Counted from the stretch's first letter, positions 20,417 through 32,290 are shown. The stretch is DNA of 64,000 nucleotides from an uncultured Gemmatimonadales bacterium (GCA_963730185.1 CAVSQW010000015.1:288001-352000), one strand, 5' to 3'. The notes: generated by a model not told the origin, from the sequence alone. A program made the numbers and translations.

Positions 20417-21468
20417 CCGATCACTCCTCCACCGAGCAGTCGCTCGCCGTCGTACATCACCCCCGACTGCCCCGGTGTGATGGCCCGGGCCGGCTGGTGT
20501 AGCGCCAGCTCGATCGTGGAGCCCGAGGTGGCCCGAACCGTGGCTGGGACCGGGCGGCTTCGATACCGGACCTGGATCTCGCACCGGTCGCCGACGCCGA
20601 GCGGGTCGGCCAGCCAGTTCACCTCGTCGAGGCGGAGCGACCAGCCGTCGAGCTCCGCCTCGCTCCCGACCACCACCGCGCGGTCGTCCGGGCGGATGCC
20701 GAGCACGTAGAGCGGCTCCCGGGAGCCGCCCGGCAACCCGCGCCGCTGGCCGATGGTGTATCGGGCGAACCCGCGATGCTCGCCGAGCACTTTGCCGCTG
20801 GTGGTCAGGACCGGTCCGGGCGAGAGGGCGGGGGCGTCGGCGGGCAGGTGCCGTTCCAGGACACCCACGTAGTCGTCGTCGGGGACGAAGCAGATCTCGA
20901 CCGACTCCGGCTTGTCGGCCGTACCGAGGTCGAGCCGCCGGGCCAGGGCGCGGGTCTCGGCCTTGGTGAGGTCGCCGACCGGGGTTCGCATCCGGGCCAC
21001 GACCTCACGGGGGATGCCCCAGAGAAAGTAGCTCTGGTCCTTGGCGCGGTCGGTGCCGCGGGAGAGAATGCCGTCCCGAGCGATGGCGTAGTGTCCCGTG
21101 GCGATCGCATCGCAGCCCAGCGCGTCGGCGTGGGCGAGGAGGTCGCGAAACTTGGTGAACGAGTTGCACCGGACGCAGGGAATCGGGGTCCGGCCGCGGC
21201 TGTACTCGCTCACGAAGTTGTCGATCACCTGGCGGCCGAAGCGATCCTCGAGGTTCAGCACGTAGTGCGGAATCCCGAGGGCGTGGGCGACGTCGCGGGC
21301 GTCCTGGATCGAGTCGAGGGAGCAGCAGGGGCGATCAGGGACGGAATCGCCGTAGCAGAAGAGCTTCATCGTGGCGCCCACGACGTCGTGCCCCTCGTCG
21401 ACCAGGCGCGCGGCGGCGACGGAGCTGTCGACTCCGCCGGACATCGCGACCAGGACCTTCTCAGCCAC
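20413..21468 (-). CDS. mnmA: tRNA 2-thiouridylase MnmA
   Basis: [30 protein letters not shown] and TPGQ motifs. Confidence 0.96.
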   Translation of the reverse strand: MAEKVLVAMSGGVDSSVAAARLVDEGHDVVGATMKLFCYGDSVPDRPCCSLDSIQDARDVAHALGIPHYVLNLEDRFGRQVIDNFVSEYSRGRTPIPCVRCNSFTKFRDLLAHADALGCDAIATGHYAIARDGILSRGTDRAKDQSYFLWGIPREVVARMRTPVGDLTKAETRALARRLDLGTADKPESVEICFVPDDDYVGVLERHLPADAPALSPGPVLTTSGKVLGEHRGFARYTIGQRRGLPGGSREPLYVLGIRPDDRAVVVGSEAELDGWSLRLDEVNWLADPLGVGDRCEIQVRYRSRPVPATVRATSGSTIELALHQPARAITPGQSGVMYDGERLLGGGVIG

Positions 21469-22633
21469 GGCCGAGTACGGCGGTGAGTTGGCGGACCTTG
21501 GCGACTACCGGGGGGAAGACCGCGAGCACGCGGTCGGTCTCCGCCTCGGTGGTCTCCCGGCCCAGGCTGAACCGGATCGCCCCCGCGGCCAGCGTATGGG
21601 GAACGCCCATCGCCAGCAACACGTGCGACGGCTCGGCCGAGCCGGTGGAGCAGGCCGAGCCGCCGGAGGCGGCGATCCCGGCCAGGTCGAGGTGCATCAG
21701 GAGGGCCTGCCCGTCGGCGCCGGGCACCGAGACGTTGACGACGTGCGGCGCCCGGGGCGCCCGTTCGCCGTTGACCACCAGGTCGGGCACGATCGCCCGT
21801 AACCCGCCGATCAGCCGATCGCGGAGGCGTTCCATTTGGGCCTGGTGCTGGTCCAGCTCCGCCGTGGCCAGCTGAGCCGCGCGCCCGAGGGCCACGGCCC
21901 CGGCCACGTTCTCGGTCCCGGGCCGGATCCCGAACTGCTGGCCGCCGCCCACCACCTGTGCCATGACCGCCTTCCGGTCGCGGACCACCAGCGCGCCGAT
22001 GCCCTTGGGCGCGCCGATCTTGTGCCCGGACAGGGTGATCATGCTGCAGGGGGCCTTGCCGAGCGAGACGGGCACCTTTCCGAAGGCCTGGACCGCGTCG
22101 GAGTGGAAGGGCACCCCGGCGTCGGCGCAGCGCCCGGCGATCGTTTCGATGGGCTGGCGGACGCCGGTCTCGTTGTTGACCCACAGGGCGGAGATGACCG
22201 CGGGCTTCCGGGCCAATTCGGCGTCGAGGGCGTCGAGCGAGATCAGGCCGTCGCCGTCGACCGGGAGGAAGGCTTCCTCGCCGCCGAGCTCGGCCACCCG
22301 ATGGGCGGCGGCGAGGACCGCCTTGTGCTCGGCCAGGGTGGTGACGACCCGCATCGGGTCGCCCCGTTCGCGGGCTGCCATCGCCGCGCCGATCAGGGCG
22401 AGGTTGTCGGCCTCGGTGCCGCCCGACGTGAAGATGACCTGGTTGGTCTCGGCTCCGATCGCTTCGGCCACCATGCGCCGGGCCTGCTCCAGACCGGCCC
22501 GCGCGTTCCGGCCGAAGCGATGCGCGCTGGATGGATTCCCGAAGGTGGCGCCGAGGAAAGGAAGCATGGCCTCGACGACCTCCGGACGAACCGGGGTGGT
22601 CGCGGCGTGATCGAGATAAACGGGCGGCTCCAT
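21461..22633 (-). CDS. iscS: Cysteine desulfurase (IscS/NifS family)
   Basis: [17 protein letters not shown] and SGGSACS motifs. Confidence 0.92.
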   Translation of the reverse strand: MEPPVYLDHAATTPVRPEVVEAMLPFLGATFGNPSSAHRFGRNARAGLEQARRMVAEAIGAETNQVIFTSGGTEADNLALIGAAMAARERGDPMRVVTTLAEHKAVLAAAHRVAELGGEEAFLPVDGDGLISLDALDAELARKPAVISALWVNNETGVRQPIETIAGRCADAGVPFHSDAVQAFGKVPVSLGKAPCSMITLSGHKIGAPKGIGALVVRDRKAVMAQVVGGGQQFGIRPGTENVAGAVALGRAAQLATAELDQHQAQMERLRDRLIGGLRAIVPDLVVNGERAPRAPHVVNVSVPGADGQALLMHLDLAGIAASGGSACSTGSAEPSHVLLAMGVPHTLAAGAIRFSLGRETTEAETDRVLAVFPPVVAKVRQLTAVLGRG

Positions 22634-22641
22634 GAGGGGAG

Positions 22642-22647
22642 ATTATA
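22642..22647 (-). promoter_or_regulatory. -10 element TATAAT 8 nt upstream of the iscS ATG (leaderless-type)
   Basis: Minus strand reads ggcTATAATctcccctcATG. Confidence 0.6.
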
Positions 22648-22715
22648 GCCCGAAACCGTTGTAACGGAAAGGTTTAGGAGTTCCGGCCCCGGCCCGGACC
22701 GGCCGGGTGATCAGG

Positions 22716-25535
22716 CTATCCGCCTGTCGGATCGTGCGTTGCGGATTTAGGCCCCGGCCCGGAGTCCCGAACAGCGGCCTCGAGCGAATCGAGGATCCGG
22801 CGTTCCAGCGCGTCGGGCCGAAGCTGGGTGACGGTGGGTCGAGCCGCTCCGAGAATGGAATCCGCCACCGCGCTCCGTCCGAGCGCCAGGTCGGCCTCGG
22901 CGAGCCGGAGGGTGGGGAGGAGCGCCAGCGGTCGATAGCCCGCCGGAGCGGTCTGGAGGGTGGTCGCGGCCGCGGCGCACACGTCGCGGGCGGCGGTGAG
23001 GTCGTCCCGGCGGGCCACGAGGTAGTCGCAGAGCACGGCCCGGGCCTTCCCCGTCTCCGGATGCCGGTCGCCCACGGCCTCGACCAGCGAAGCCACCGCG
23101 TCGCGTTGCATCTGGACCGCCCGCTCGCGCGACCCTTGGCGCCAGCGAACCAACGCCAGGCGCTGCACCGCGGAGGCGGTGTTCGGATTCGCGTTGCCCA
23201 GCTTGGCGCGGAGGATCCTGAGCGCGTCGTTCTCGAGGCTCTCGGCTTCGGCCAGGCGACCGCGATCGATCACGACCGACGCCAGCCGGTCGAGGACCAT
23301 CCCCACCTGAGGGTGGCCGTTGCCCAGGTGGGTCCGGAACGAGGCCAGGGCTTCACGGAGCAGACCTTCGGCCTCGGCCCGGACCGAGTCGGCGCCGGGG
23401 CCGGCGGCGCGTTCCATGACCGCCGTCGCGAGCGAGAGCTCCACCCGCGCGGTCACCGGGTGGTCCCGGCCCTGGAGCCGGGTCTGCCGGGCCAGCAGGT
23501 CGCGGTAGTCGGCCTCGGCCGAGGTCCACTGGCCGGCGGCCCGTTTGAAGGCCGCCAGGTTGCTCAGCGCCACCACCGACCGCTGATGGTCGGGGCCGAC
23601 GGTGGCCCGGAGCGCTCGAAGGGCGAGCTCCTGCACCCGAATGGCGTCGTCGATCCGGGACTGGTAGTAGTAGGCGGCGGCGAGGTTGTTGGCGGTGATG
23701 CCCACGGCCAGGTGCTCGTCGCCCAGGTCCTGGCGACGGATGGCGAGCGCTTCGGTCAGCACGGTGTCGGCTTCGGCGTAGCGGCCCAGGGCGTTCAGCA
23801 CCACGCCGAGATCGTTGAGCGAGCGCGAGAAGTCGGCCCGGCCCGGAGTGCCGGAGGTCCGTCGGATCGCGACCGCCTCGCGGAGCATCGGCTCGGCCGC
23901 CTTCGAGCGGCCCAGCTCGTGGGTGATCCATCCGGTCAGGTTGAGCGACGCGGCGAGGGCCGCCGGATCGTCGCGGGTGCGCCGGAAGGCGAGCGCCTTC
24001 CGAGCCAGCGGCTCGGCCTGCCGGTAGAGGCCGAGCCGGTCGTAACCTTCGGCCAGGACCTCCATCATGTCGGCCTGGAGCTCGGGCCGGTCGCCGTACT
24101 CCCGTTCCAGGCTGGCGGCCTGGCGGTCGAGGAGGCCCCGGACGGAGACCGTATCGCCGACCGCCTGGTCGGCCCCGGTGGCGCCGAACATCTCCAACAG
24201 GAAGCCGCGGACCTCGAGCGCCTTGTCGCGCTCCCGAGTGACCCGCGCCGACTCCTCGGCCACCCGACGGGACTGAACCAGGGTGACGGCGGTGGTGCTG
24301 GTCAGCCCCAGGAAGGCGATCACGGCCGCGGCTACCCAGGCGGCGTTCCGGCGGACGAACTTCCGGCTGCGATAGCCCCAGGTGTCGGGGCGGGCCCGAA
24401 CTGGGAGGCCGTCGTGATGGCGCTGGATGTCCTCGGCCAGCGCGGCGGCCGAGCCGTAGCGCCGGTCCGGTTCCTTCCGAAGCGCCTTGAGGACGATGTT
24501 GTCGAGGTCGCCCTGGAGCCGGCGGCGAAGGTGCGGCGAGTCGGTCCGGCGGCGACGGCTGGCCTCGCCGGGGGCGGGGCCCCCGGTGACGGCGGTGCTG
24601 GGGCGAGGGGGCAGGGTCTCCCTCACGGCGTGCTCGATCGCGGCCAGGGACTCGCCCCCAAAGAGGTAGGGATGGCGGCCGGTCAGGAGCTCGTAGAGGA
24701 GGATCCCCAGGCCGTACACGTCGGTCGCGGTGGTGACCGGTTGTCCGGCGACCTGCTCGGGGGCCGCGTATTCGGGGGTGAGCAGGCGGATCTCGGTACG
24801 GGTCTCGAGCCCGGGCCCGAGCGACTCCGAGCCGGTCAGGACCTTCCCGATCCCGAAGTCGAGGAGCTTCGGGACGCCGCCCGCGGTCACCAGGATGTTC
24901 CGGGGCTTGAGATCGCGATGGACCACCAGGGCCTGGTGGGCGTGCTGGACCGCGCCGCAGATCACCTGGAACAGCGAGAGCCGCTCGGAGACGGTCAGCT
25001 GGTGGGCGTCGCAGTACTCGTCGATCGGGCGACCCTCCACGGACTCCATCACGAAGTAGGGACGGCCGTCGTCGGTGGCGCCGGCGTCGAGGAGCCGGGC
25101 GATGTTGGGGTGGTCGAGGCTGGCCAGGATCCGGCGCTCGAGCCGGAAGCGCTCGAGGACCTCGTCGGTCACCATCCCGCGACGGATCACCTTCAGGGCG
25201 ACGCTCCGGGTTACCCCGTCGGCGGTCCGCTCGGCCAGATAGACCTCGCCCATGCCGCCCCGGCCCAGGAGTCGGATGACCCGGTACGGACCGATGGCTT
25301 CGGGCAGCGGGGCATCCGCGGGCCCGACCCGCTCGCCGAGGGGGCGCCAGTCGACCAACGGTCGCTCCAGGAAGCCCGGGTCCTCGTCGGCCGCGGCGAG
25401 CAGGGCGGCGGCCTCGCGGCGGAGCTCGCGGTCGTCGCCGCAGGCTTGGTCGAGATAGGCGGGGCGCTCCCCGGGGGGCCGGTCCAGGGCGGCGGCGCAG
25501 AGCGCTTCGAGGCGTTGCCAGCGGACGGCGTCCAC
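22716..25535 (-). CDS. Hanks-type Ser/Thr kinase with a TM helix and C-terminal TPR repeats
   Basis: [20 protein letters not shown] and TPEYAAPE motifs. TM segment and TPR-like repeats (EALAIRR..LG.EH). Confidence 0.95.
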   Translation of the reverse strand: MDAVRWQRLEALCAAALDRPPGERPAYLDQACGDDRELRREAAALLAAADEDPGFLERPLVDWRPLGERVGPADAPLPEAIGPYRVIRLLGRGGMGEVYLAERTADGVTRSVALKVIRRGMVTDEVLERFRLERRILASLDHPNIARLLDAGATDDGRPYFVMESVEGRPIDEYCDAHQLTVSERLSLFQVICGAVQHAHQALVVHRDLKPRNILVTAGGVPKLLDFGIGKVLTGSESLGPGLETRTEIRLLTPEYAAPEQVAGQPVTTATDVYGLGILLYELLTGRHPYLFGGESLAAIEHAVRETLPPRPSTAVTGGPAPGEASRRRRTDSPHLRRRLQGDLDNIVLKALRKEPDRRYGSAAALAEDIQRHHDGLPVRARPDTWGYRSRKFVRRNAAWVAAAVIAFLGLTSTTAVTLVQSRRVAEESARVTRERDKALEVRGFLLEMFGATGADQAVGDTVSVRGLLDRQAASLEREYGDRPELQADMMEVLAEGYDRLGLYRQAEPLARKALAFRRTRDDPAALAASLNLTGWITHELGRSKAAEPMLREAVAIRRTSGTPGRADFSRSLNDLGVVLNALGRYAEADTVLTEALAIRRQDLGDEHLAVGITANNLAAAYYYQSRIDDAIRVQELALRALRATVGPDHQRSVVALSNLAAFKRAAGQWTSAEADYRDLLARQTRLQGRDHPVTARVELSLATAVMERAAGPGADSVRAEAEGLLREALASFRTHLGNGHPQVGMVLDRLASVVIDRGRLAEAESLENDALRILRAKLGNANPNTASAVQRLALVRWRQGSRERAVQMQRDAVASLVEAVGDRHPETGKARAVLCDYLVARRDDLTAARDVCAAAATTLQTAPAGYRPLALLPTLRLAEADLALGRSAVADSILGAARPTVTQLRPDALERRILDSLEAAVRDSGPGPKSATHDPTGG

Positions 25536-25541
25536 GGTCGG

Positions 25542-26189
25542 TCAGCCGGTGGGGTCGGGGTGGAGCAGGGTGCCGGGGCCGCCGTCGAGGGCGTCCGTCA
25601 GCTCGTGCCGGAGCCACGCCTTGGCGACGGTCCAGGCCCGGCGGACGGTCCGTTCTGAGGTTCCCATCATCGCCGCGACCTCGTCGTTCGACAGCCCGCC
25701 GAAGAAGCGATACTGCACGATCCGGGCGCCGTCCGGATTGAAGTCGGCCAGTCGGTTCATCGCTTCGTCGAGGGCCAGGAGCTCGGCCGCCTGGCCGTCG
25801 GTGAAGACGTCATGGTCGGGCAGGTCGACGGCGTCGTCGAGCGGCACGTGGCCCGCGCCGCCGCCCCGCTTCCCGGCCCGCCGTCGTTTCGCGTAGTCGA
25901 TCAGGATCCGGCGCATTGCTTCCGAGGCCACGGCGAAGAACTGGTGGCGGTTCCGCCAGTCCGCGCGGGTCTGGTCGACCAGCTTGAGATAGGCCTCGTG
26001 GACGAGGGCGCCGGTGTCGAGCGTGTGCCCGGTCCGCTCCAGCCGGAGCCGCCGCCGGGCGATGCCGGTGAGCTGGACGTAGACGAGGGGCAGGAGGCGA
26101 TCGAAGGCGCCCCGGTCGCCTTCGGCGGCGAGGTGCAGCAGCCCGGTGATCTCACCAGGCTCCCGGTGTGGTGGGGGTGTGTCCTCCAT
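25542..26189 (-). CDS. ECF sigma factor (TIGR02999-like, kinase-associated)
   Basis: ITGLL, LLPLVY..L..IA, HTLDTGALVHEAYLKL, AMRRILIDYA and RFFGGLS motifs. Confidence 0.92.
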   Translation of the reverse strand: MEDTPPPHREPGEITGLLHLAAEGDRGAFDRLLPLVYVQLTGIARRRLRLERTGHTLDTGALVHEAYLKLVDQTRADWRNRHQFFAVASEAMRRILIDYAKRRRAGKRGGGAGHVPLDDAVDLPDHDVFTDGQAAELLALDEAMNRLADFNPDGARIVQYRFFGGLSNDEVAAMMGTSERTVRRAWTVAKAWLRHELTDALDGGPGTLLHPDPTG

Positions 26190-26334
26190 CGGGGGTCTCT
26201 CCGGCCGGCCGGCGGATCGGAATCGATGCAGCATAGGTTATTGCCGGCGGCAAGGGAGTGCAATGCGGGGCGTGGCCGAGTGTGGCTGGGTTTTTCGCGT
26301 AGCCAGACGAGCCACCGTTTCGAAAGGCCTTGCC

Positions 26335-28962
26335 ATGCTCCGCCGACCCCTTCGGGCGGCCTTCCCGGCCGTCTGCCTGATCATCGCCGTCGCCTGCTCG
26401 TCGGGCCCAACCGAACCGCCCCCGCCGCCCCCCCCGCCCCCGCTCACCATCGCGGTCAGTCCGAGCAGCCTGAGCCTCACCGTAGGCGAGACGGGCCAGC
26501 TCTCGGCCACCGTCAGCGGCGGAAGCGGCTCGGTGGTCTGGAGCTCGTCGGACCAGAGCGTCGCGACGGTGACGTCGAGCGGCCTGGTGACCGGCGTCAC
26601 GGCCGGCTCCGCCACGATCACCGCCTCGATCAGCGGGCAAAGCGCCACGGCCTCGGCGAGCGTGACGGTTACCGAGCCGGTGCTGGACGCCCAATTGACC
26701 GGACTCACCCAGAACGGACAGCCGGCGAATCTGGCGGATCTCCATGGGGTGGTGGACTTCCAGGTCGATCTGAGCGTGCCGACCGGATTCAACGGCACGC
26801 TCGAAGCCCGGGCCGACGACGTGACCATCGGGAGCGTGGAGATCGTCGACGGCGTGGCCCAGAGCGGCCTGGCGCTGGGACCAGCCGCGGCGAGGGCGGC
26901 CGTCGTGGCGATCGCGGGCAACACCGGAGCGATCGACGTGGTCGGCGACGAGGTGATCGGCAGGCTCCCGAACGCGAGCCATCTCTTCGACGTGGCCGTG
27001 GTCCAACTCGGGGGCGTCGTCGTCCGTTCCGGCTCGGTTCAGGGGACCACCAACAATCCGCCGGCCGCCGCGGTCATCCGGGGGACGCCCGGCGGCCCGC
27101 AGGCCACCAACCCCGTCACCGGGATCGACTATTTTGGCGGCGGCTTGGACGCCACGGTGGCCGGCGTCGCCTACGACGGCAGCCTGGTGACCCAACTCTC
27201 GGGCGAGCTCTCGCGGATCGAGGTGCTCCAGGGACCGTCGACCCCGGCCCAGTTCGGCGGGAACGCGACCGCCGGCGCGCTCAACGTCGTGCTCACCGCC
27301 AACGACCTGGCGGGGATCGGCGAGGGCAAGTTCGGCCTCACCAATCTGGCGGTGACCACCGCCGCCGGCACGACGCCGGTCGAGCTCCTGAACGGAAAGC
27401 CCGGGTTCGGCGGGTTGCCTCTGGCCGAGTGGTACTTCGATCACCTGGCACCGACCGCTCCGGCCGACGCGTTCGACCTCGGCGGCACGGTCTGGCTGCC
27501 GTCGAGCTATGACTTCGCGGCCCGGGCCCAGGCGACCGGCTTCACGTGGACGGGCCTCAACCCCAAGGTGCTGGACGAGGGCGTCGGTGGGGTCGACTGC
27601 AAGTTCAAGTTCTCCGCCGCCCTGGCGGCGCTCGACGCCCAGGCCTTCGTCAACACGGCCGGGGACCTCGGGATCGAGACGGCCAGTCCCAACCTCTATG
27701 GGCGGGCCTACTGTTCGGACCTGTTCGGCCAGCCGGTCACGGTCGACCTGACCGACGGGCTGGGCAGCCTCCGTCAGGTCGGCACCGACTTCACGCCGCC
27801 CACCATCGACTTCGTCGACATGAGCGGGGCGGAGACCGGGATCCCCGCCAACGCCATCAACCCGTTGTCGGGCCAGCCGCTGCTCTGGGACGGAACCGAC
27901 CCGACCCCGGCGGGAGGGGCAAGCGGGCTGGCGGCCACCCCGTATTGGCTGACGGGAACGGCCTGGGGACCGAGCTTCACGCCGGCGCAGCAGTGCGTGA
28001 CCGGGACGTTTGCGAACAACGTGTGTCAACCGATCGGGTTCACGACGGGGCGCTTCCTGCCCAGCCTGTCGGTCTCCGCGACGTACAGGTACGACCTGAC
28101 CGCCCTCGACGGGGCCGGCAATCAAAGCCTGGTCGCCACCCGCTACTTCGTGTCCGATCCGAACCCACCCACGGTCACGGGGTACCAATCCGACGCCCAG
28201 TTCGTGGCCGGGAGCCCGATGACGGCGAGCTACACCATCGATGACGACTACAAGCTGATCGATGCCGGCGTGGCGCTCGACTTCGGGCTGCCGACCAAGC
28301 TCCTGATTGGGCGCCAGCACCTGAGCGACCTCTTCGACGGTACCTACCCCAACCACTACGCGTACAGCGTCACCACGCCCTTCATCGCCTCGATGGAGCA
28401 GCTCACAACCAGCTCGAAGGGCTTCTTGGTGCCCGACATGATGGAGCATCGGGTCACCTCGCTGTACTACGGCGGGTCCGATGCCGGCCACAACTTTACC
28501 TATCAGGTCGAGAACAACCTCTCGAGCAAGACCCAATACAACTTCACGTCGTTCCGGCAGGGGATGACCGGCTTGGATCGGGTGGAGTGGGACCGGCCGT
28601 CGGCGACGGTGTGCTACAATCCGTTCGGCGCCGGGGGAGACTGTCAGGGGGTGCCCGAGCAGGTCGACATCGGCCTTCATCTCTACTATCCGGCCGGCGG
28701 CATGGACCGGATCCAGGACGTCCTGATGGGCAAGACGGCCGATCTGAACGGTCTCTCGGTGGGCGTGCCCCAGGCCTATCCCGTGACCCGGCAGATGACC
28801 GACTTCGGGAGTTACTTCGAGGTGACCTTTTCGTCGAAGATCATGGGCTCGCTGCATCCCCCGGGCGCCTACCAGTGGATGGGGTGGGCGTTGGACGGGG
28901 AAGGCAACGCGCTGGAGCTGCCGAGGATTCCCCTCACCGTCACTCTGGCGGTCAAGTTCTGA
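26335..28962 (+). CDS. Large lipoprotein with an N-terminal Big_2 Ig-like domain
   Basis: Lipobox IAVAC, poly-Pro linker, SL.VGET.QL.ATV..V.WSSSD.SVATV..SGLVT, beta-rich remainder. Confidence 0.85.
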   Translation: MLRRPLRAAFPAVCLIIAVACSSGPTEPPPPPPPPPLTIAVSPSSLSLTVGETGQLSATVSGGSGSVVWSSSDQSVATVTSSGLVTGVTAGSATITASISGQSATASASVTVTEPVLDAQLTGLTQNGQPANLADLHGVVDFQVDLSVPTGFNGTLEARADDVTIGSVEIVDGVAQSGLALGPAAARAAVVAIAGNTGAIDVVGDEVIGRLPNASHLFDVAVVQLGGVVVRSGSVQGTTNNPPAAAVIRGTPGGPQATNPVTGIDYFGGGLDATVAGVAYDGSLVTQLSGELSRIEVLQGPSTPAQFGGNATAGALNVVLTANDLAGIGEGKFGLTNLAVTTAAGTTPVELLNGKPGFGGLPLAEWYFDHLAPTAPADAFDLGGTVWLPSSYDFAARAQATGFTWTGLNPKVLDEGVGGVDCKFKFSAALAALDAQAFVNTAGDLGIETASPNLYGRAYCSDLFGQPVTVDLTDGLGSLRQVGTDFTPPTIDFVDMSGAETGIPANAINPLSGQPLLWDGTDPTPAGGASGLAATPYWLTGTAWGPSFTPAQQCVTGTFANNVCQPIGFTTGRFLPSLSVSATYRYDLTALDGAGNQSLVATRYFVSDPNPPTVTGYQSDAQFVAGSPMTASYTIDDDYKLIDAGVALDFGLPTKLLIGRQHLSDLFDGTYPNHYAYSVTTPFIASMEQLTTSSKGFLVPDMMEHRVTSLYYGGSDAGHNFTYQVENNLSSKTQYNFTSFRQGMTGLDRVEWDRPSATVCYNPFGAGGDCQGVPEQVDIGLHLYYPAGGMDRIQDVLMGKTADLNGLSVGVPQAYPVTRQMTDFGSYFEVTFSSKIMGSLHPPGAYQWMGWALDGEGNALELPRIPLTVTLAVKF

Positions 28963-28978
28963 CCGCCTGGCGGCCGGG

Positions 28979-29695
28979 TCACATGCTCTGGACGCCGAGC
29001 CCCACGACGTCGTCCACCTGGACGGTCTCCTGAGTGAAGAACGGCTCGCCGTAGCGGGTCCGAATCAGGGAGCCGTAGTGCCCGTTCTGGGTCTCGATCA
29101 GGTTGTAGAGATTCTGCCCGGCCGGGAAGATCTCACCGGCGCTCACGGCGTCGTCGAACTGGCTGGCGTAGCAGCGGATGGCGGCCATCTTGCGCTCGAA
29201 CTGGTCGCTGATGTCCACCACGAAGGTCGGCTTGACCGGGTCCTCGCGGTAGGCCAGGGCGTAGAGGATCTTGAAGGGTCGATGGGCAGTCCCGGCCGCG
29301 GGATACTTCGCCAGGCCGGCCAGGAAGCAGGCGTCGCGGGAGAGCTCCGAGGCGATCCGGTGGTCCGGGTGCCGGCCGACGGGAAAAGGCAGGATCACCA
29401 CCCGCGGTGCGAAATGGCGGATCGCCTCGACCACCACCCGGCGGGTCTCCTCGGTGTTCTCCAAATGGGCGTCCGGCAGGCCGGCGTTTCGCCGCTCCGT
29501 CACCCCGATGACGTCGGCCGCCCGGGCGGCCTCGGTCGCTCGGAGCTCGGCGTTTCCCCGGGTGCCGGTTTCGCCGGCCGTGAGGTCGAGGATGCCGGTG
29601 CGATGTCCCTGGTCATGGGCCCGGATCAAGGTCCCGGCGCAGGTGAGCTCCACGTCGTCACGATGAGCGGCGATGGCGAGGACGTCGACGGGCAT
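28979..29695 (-). CDS. bshB1: Bacillithiol biosynthesis deacetylase BshB1 (PIG-L family)
   Basis: AHRDDVE, DLT.GE.GTRG, RHPDH and Y.SQF motifs. Confidence 0.85.
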   Translation of the reverse strand: MPVDVLAIAAHRDDVELTCAGTLIRAHDQGHRTGILDLTAGETGTRGNAELRATEAARAADVIGVTERRNAGLPDAHLENTEETRRVVVEAIRHFAPRVVILPFPVGRHPDHRIASELSRDACFLAGLAKYPAAGTAHRPFKILYALAYREDPVKPTFVVDISDQFERKMAAIRCYASQFDDAVSAGEIFPAGQNLYNLIETQNGHYGSLIRTRYGEPFFTQETVQVDDVVGLGVQSM

Positions 29696-29727
29696 CGGGA
29701 TCGTCCGTTCCAGGGTGAATGGGGGCG

Positions 29728-30966
29728 TTACTCGTAGCGCAGCGCGTCGACCGGGTCCATCCGGGCGGCCCGATTGGCCGGGTAGAGGCCGAACGCGAGC
29801 CCGATCCCAACCGAGACCGCGACGGCCACGACCGCGCTCCAGAGCGGCGGGCGCGCCTCGATCTTCAGGGCGAACTTGACCAGCTCGCCGAAGCCCATGC
29901 CCGCGGCGATCCCGAGGAGCCCGCCCACCATCGTGAGGGTGGCGGCCTCGACCAGAAACTGCCAGAGAATCTCCCGCTGGGTGGCGCCGAGCGCCTTGCG
30001 GGTGCCGATCTCCCTGGTCCGGCTGGTGACGGACACCATCATGATCGCCATCACGCCGATCCCGCCGACCAGGAGGGCCACCCCCGACAGCGCGACCATC
30101 ACCAGGAAGAACGCCCCGGTCAGCTTGCTCATCGCCTCCAGCACCTGGTCCTGGGTGATCAGGTCGAAGTCGTTCGCGGTTCCGGGGCGGAGACCGCGAT
30201 GGCGCCGCATGGCGACAGTCACCTGATCGCGGACATCATCGATCGAGAGCCCCTCGCGGCCGAGCACCACGATGAACTGCTCCATCGTCTCGTTCAGGTG
30301 GAAGCTGTTCTGGGCCAGCCGGAACGGCGCGATCAGGCCGGTGCCGGTGCCCTGCGGCGCGAAGACGTTGTCCGGCTGGCGCCAGACGCCGATGACCTGG
30401 AGGGCCCGGTCGCTGACCCGGACGTACTTCCCCAGCGGCTGCTCCCGGCCGAAGAGCTTGTCGGCGACCTCTTCGGACAGCACCGCGACCGGCGCGCCGC
30501 TCCTGATCTCCGATGGAACGAAGAAGCGGCCGGAGACCAGGGTGCCGCCCATCAGGTCCATGAATCGGTCGTCGCCGCCGAAGACCGTCGTCGACTGGGT
30601 GTGAGCTCCCGCCCGCTCGATCCGCCGGAGGGTCTTGCCCCAGAGCGCGGCGTGGCGGACGGCGGGCGACTTCTCGATCGCGGCGGCGTCGGCGTCGTCG
30701 AGGACCGGCCGGATCCGGACCGCCGGCGGCAGGTTGTCCGGGTTCACGAAGGACCCGGCCTGGAGCCGGAAGACGTAGAGCGTGTTCGGCACGGCGGCGT
30801 TCAGGGCGTTGAAGATCTGGGCCCGGATCCCCTCCACGATCGACGCCATCGTCATCACCGTGGACACCCCGATCACCACGCCGAGGATGGTCAGGAACGA
30901 CCGGAGCTTGTTGGCCCGAAGGGAATCGAGCGCGATCCGGACGCCCTCGTCGAGGTTCCGGACCAC
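29728..30966 (-). CDS. MacB/FtsX-type ABC permease
   Basis: KLRSFLTILGVVIG, GGIGVM.IM, RTREIG and DPVDALRYE motifs. Confidence 0.93.
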   Translation of the reverse strand: MVRNLDEGVRIALDSLRANKLRSFLTILGVVIGVSTVMTMASIVEGIRAQIFNALNAAVPNTLYVFRLQAGSFVNPDNLPPAVRIRPVLDDADAAAIEKSPAVRHAALWGKTLRRIERAGAHTQSTTVFGGDDRFMDLMGGTLVSGRFFVPSEIRSGAPVAVLSEEVADKLFGREQPLGKYVRVSDRALQVIGVWRQPDNVFAPQGTGTGLIAPFRLAQNSFHLNETMEQFIVVLGREGLSIDDVRDQVTVAMRRHRGLRPGTANDFDLITQDQVLEAMSKLTGAFFLVMVALSGVALLVGGIGVMAIMMVSVTSRTREIGTRKALGATQREILWQFLVEAATLTMVGGLLGIAAGMGFGELVKFALKIEARPPLWSAVVAVAVSVGIGLAFGLYPANRAARMDPVDALRYE

Positions 30967-30967
30967 G

Positions 30968-32215
30968 TCAGGCCTCCACCCGCATCGCGGTGATCGGATC
31001 GAGCCGGGCGGCCCGGCTCGCGGGGTACACCCCGAAGGCGATGCCGGTCCCGGCGCCGAGGGCGAGCGAGAGCGCCACCGACCAGGGCGTAACCCGGGCC
31101 GGCAGGGGGCTGGCCAGGGCGATCAGCCCGGCCAACGCCGCCCCGGAGAGCACCCCCAAGGCGCCGCCCATGGCGGAGAGAAGGACGGATTCCACCAGGA
31201 ACTGACGCCGGATGTCCCGGGCCCGGGCTCCGAGCGACTTCCGGATCCCGATCTCCCGGGTCCGCTCCGTGACCGCCATCAGCATGATGTTCATGATCAC
31301 GATCCCGCCGACGATGATCCCGATCGCCACGACCGCCGGCACCACGGTAAAGAGCACCTGGGTGAGGGCGGTCCAGAAGGCCACCAGGGCATCGGCCTTG
31401 TCGACCGTGAAGTCGTCCTCCTCCGACGGCCGGAGTCGGTGCGCCACCCGCATCGCCTCCTCGGCCCGCGCCATGGCGTCGGCGATCTCCTCGGGATGGC
31501 GCATCTTGACCGACACGGTGGTGGTGAGCCGGCGCCCGTACATCGTCTCGAAAGTGGGGATCGGCACCATCACGAACGCGTCGAACGATTGCCCCAACAT
31601 GCTGCCCTTGGGCTCCACGACGCCCTTGATCCGGAGGGGCAGGGAGCCGACCCGGATGGTCCGTCCGATGGCGCGCTCCGGTCCGTCGAACAGCTTGTCG
31701 GCCACGTCGTAGCCGACCACGGCGACGTAGCGGCGCTCCCGGATGTCGGGCGCGGTCAGCGGCTCGCCCGCGGCGAACCGGTAGTCCTGCACCGTCTGGT
31801 ATCCCGGCGTCACCCCCACCACCAGGACGCTGCCGATAGTCCGGGACCGGTAGCGGAGGTCCACGGCGGGCGTCGGCCATCCGGTCTGGAGCGCCACTGC
31901 CTCGGCGTCGGGGAGCGCGGCCTCGACGGCGGCGGCGTCCTCCGCGGTGACCTGGGGCCGCATCCGGATCCGCCGCATCTCCTGGTCGGAGGCGAGTGCC
32001 AGCCCGATGGGCGTCCGGCGGACCTGGAAGCTGTTGGTGCCGATCATCGCCCCGGTCAGGTTCTCCCGGACGTAGGCGTTCATCCCCTGGATGATGGCGA
32101 CGACGGTCACCAGGAAGCCGACTGAGACGACGATCCCGAGCACGGTGAAGAACGACCGGAGCTTGGCGGTCCGAATGGCGTCGACGGCCAGGCGGATGGC
32201 TTCGAAGTAGGGCAC
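30968..32215 (-). CDS. MacB/FtsX-type ABC permease
   Basis: KLRSFFTVLG and GGIVIMNIML.AVTERTREIG motifs. Confidence 0.93.
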   Translation of the reverse strand: MPYFEAIRLAVDAIRTAKLRSFFTVLGIVVSVGFLVTVVAIIQGMNAYVRENLTGAMIGTNSFQVRRTPIGLALASDQEMRRIRMRPQVTAEDAAAVEAALPDAEAVALQTGWPTPAVDLRYRSRTIGSVLVVGVTPGYQTVQDYRFAAGEPLTAPDIRERRYVAVVGYDVADKLFDGPERAIGRTIRVGSLPLRIKGVVEPKGSMLGQSFDAFVMVPIPTFETMYGRRLTTTVSVKMRHPEEIADAMARAEEAMRVAHRLRPSEEDDFTVDKADALVAFWTALTQVLFTVVPAVVAIGIIVGGIVIMNIMLMAVTERTREIGIRKSLGARARDIRRQFLVESVLLSAMGGALGVLSGAALAGLIALASPLPARVTPWSVALSLALGAGTGIAFGVYPASRAARLDPITAMRVEA

Positions 32216-32230
32216 GGGGGAAATGTAGGC

Positions 32231-32290
32231 GGGGACGGGGAGGGACGGGGAGGGATGGGGAGGGATGGGGCGGGATGGGGGGAGGCGGCG
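32231..32290. repeat. Left decamer array (AGGGAYGGGG)n
   Basis: Five tandem decamers at 32231-32280. Confidence 0.85.
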
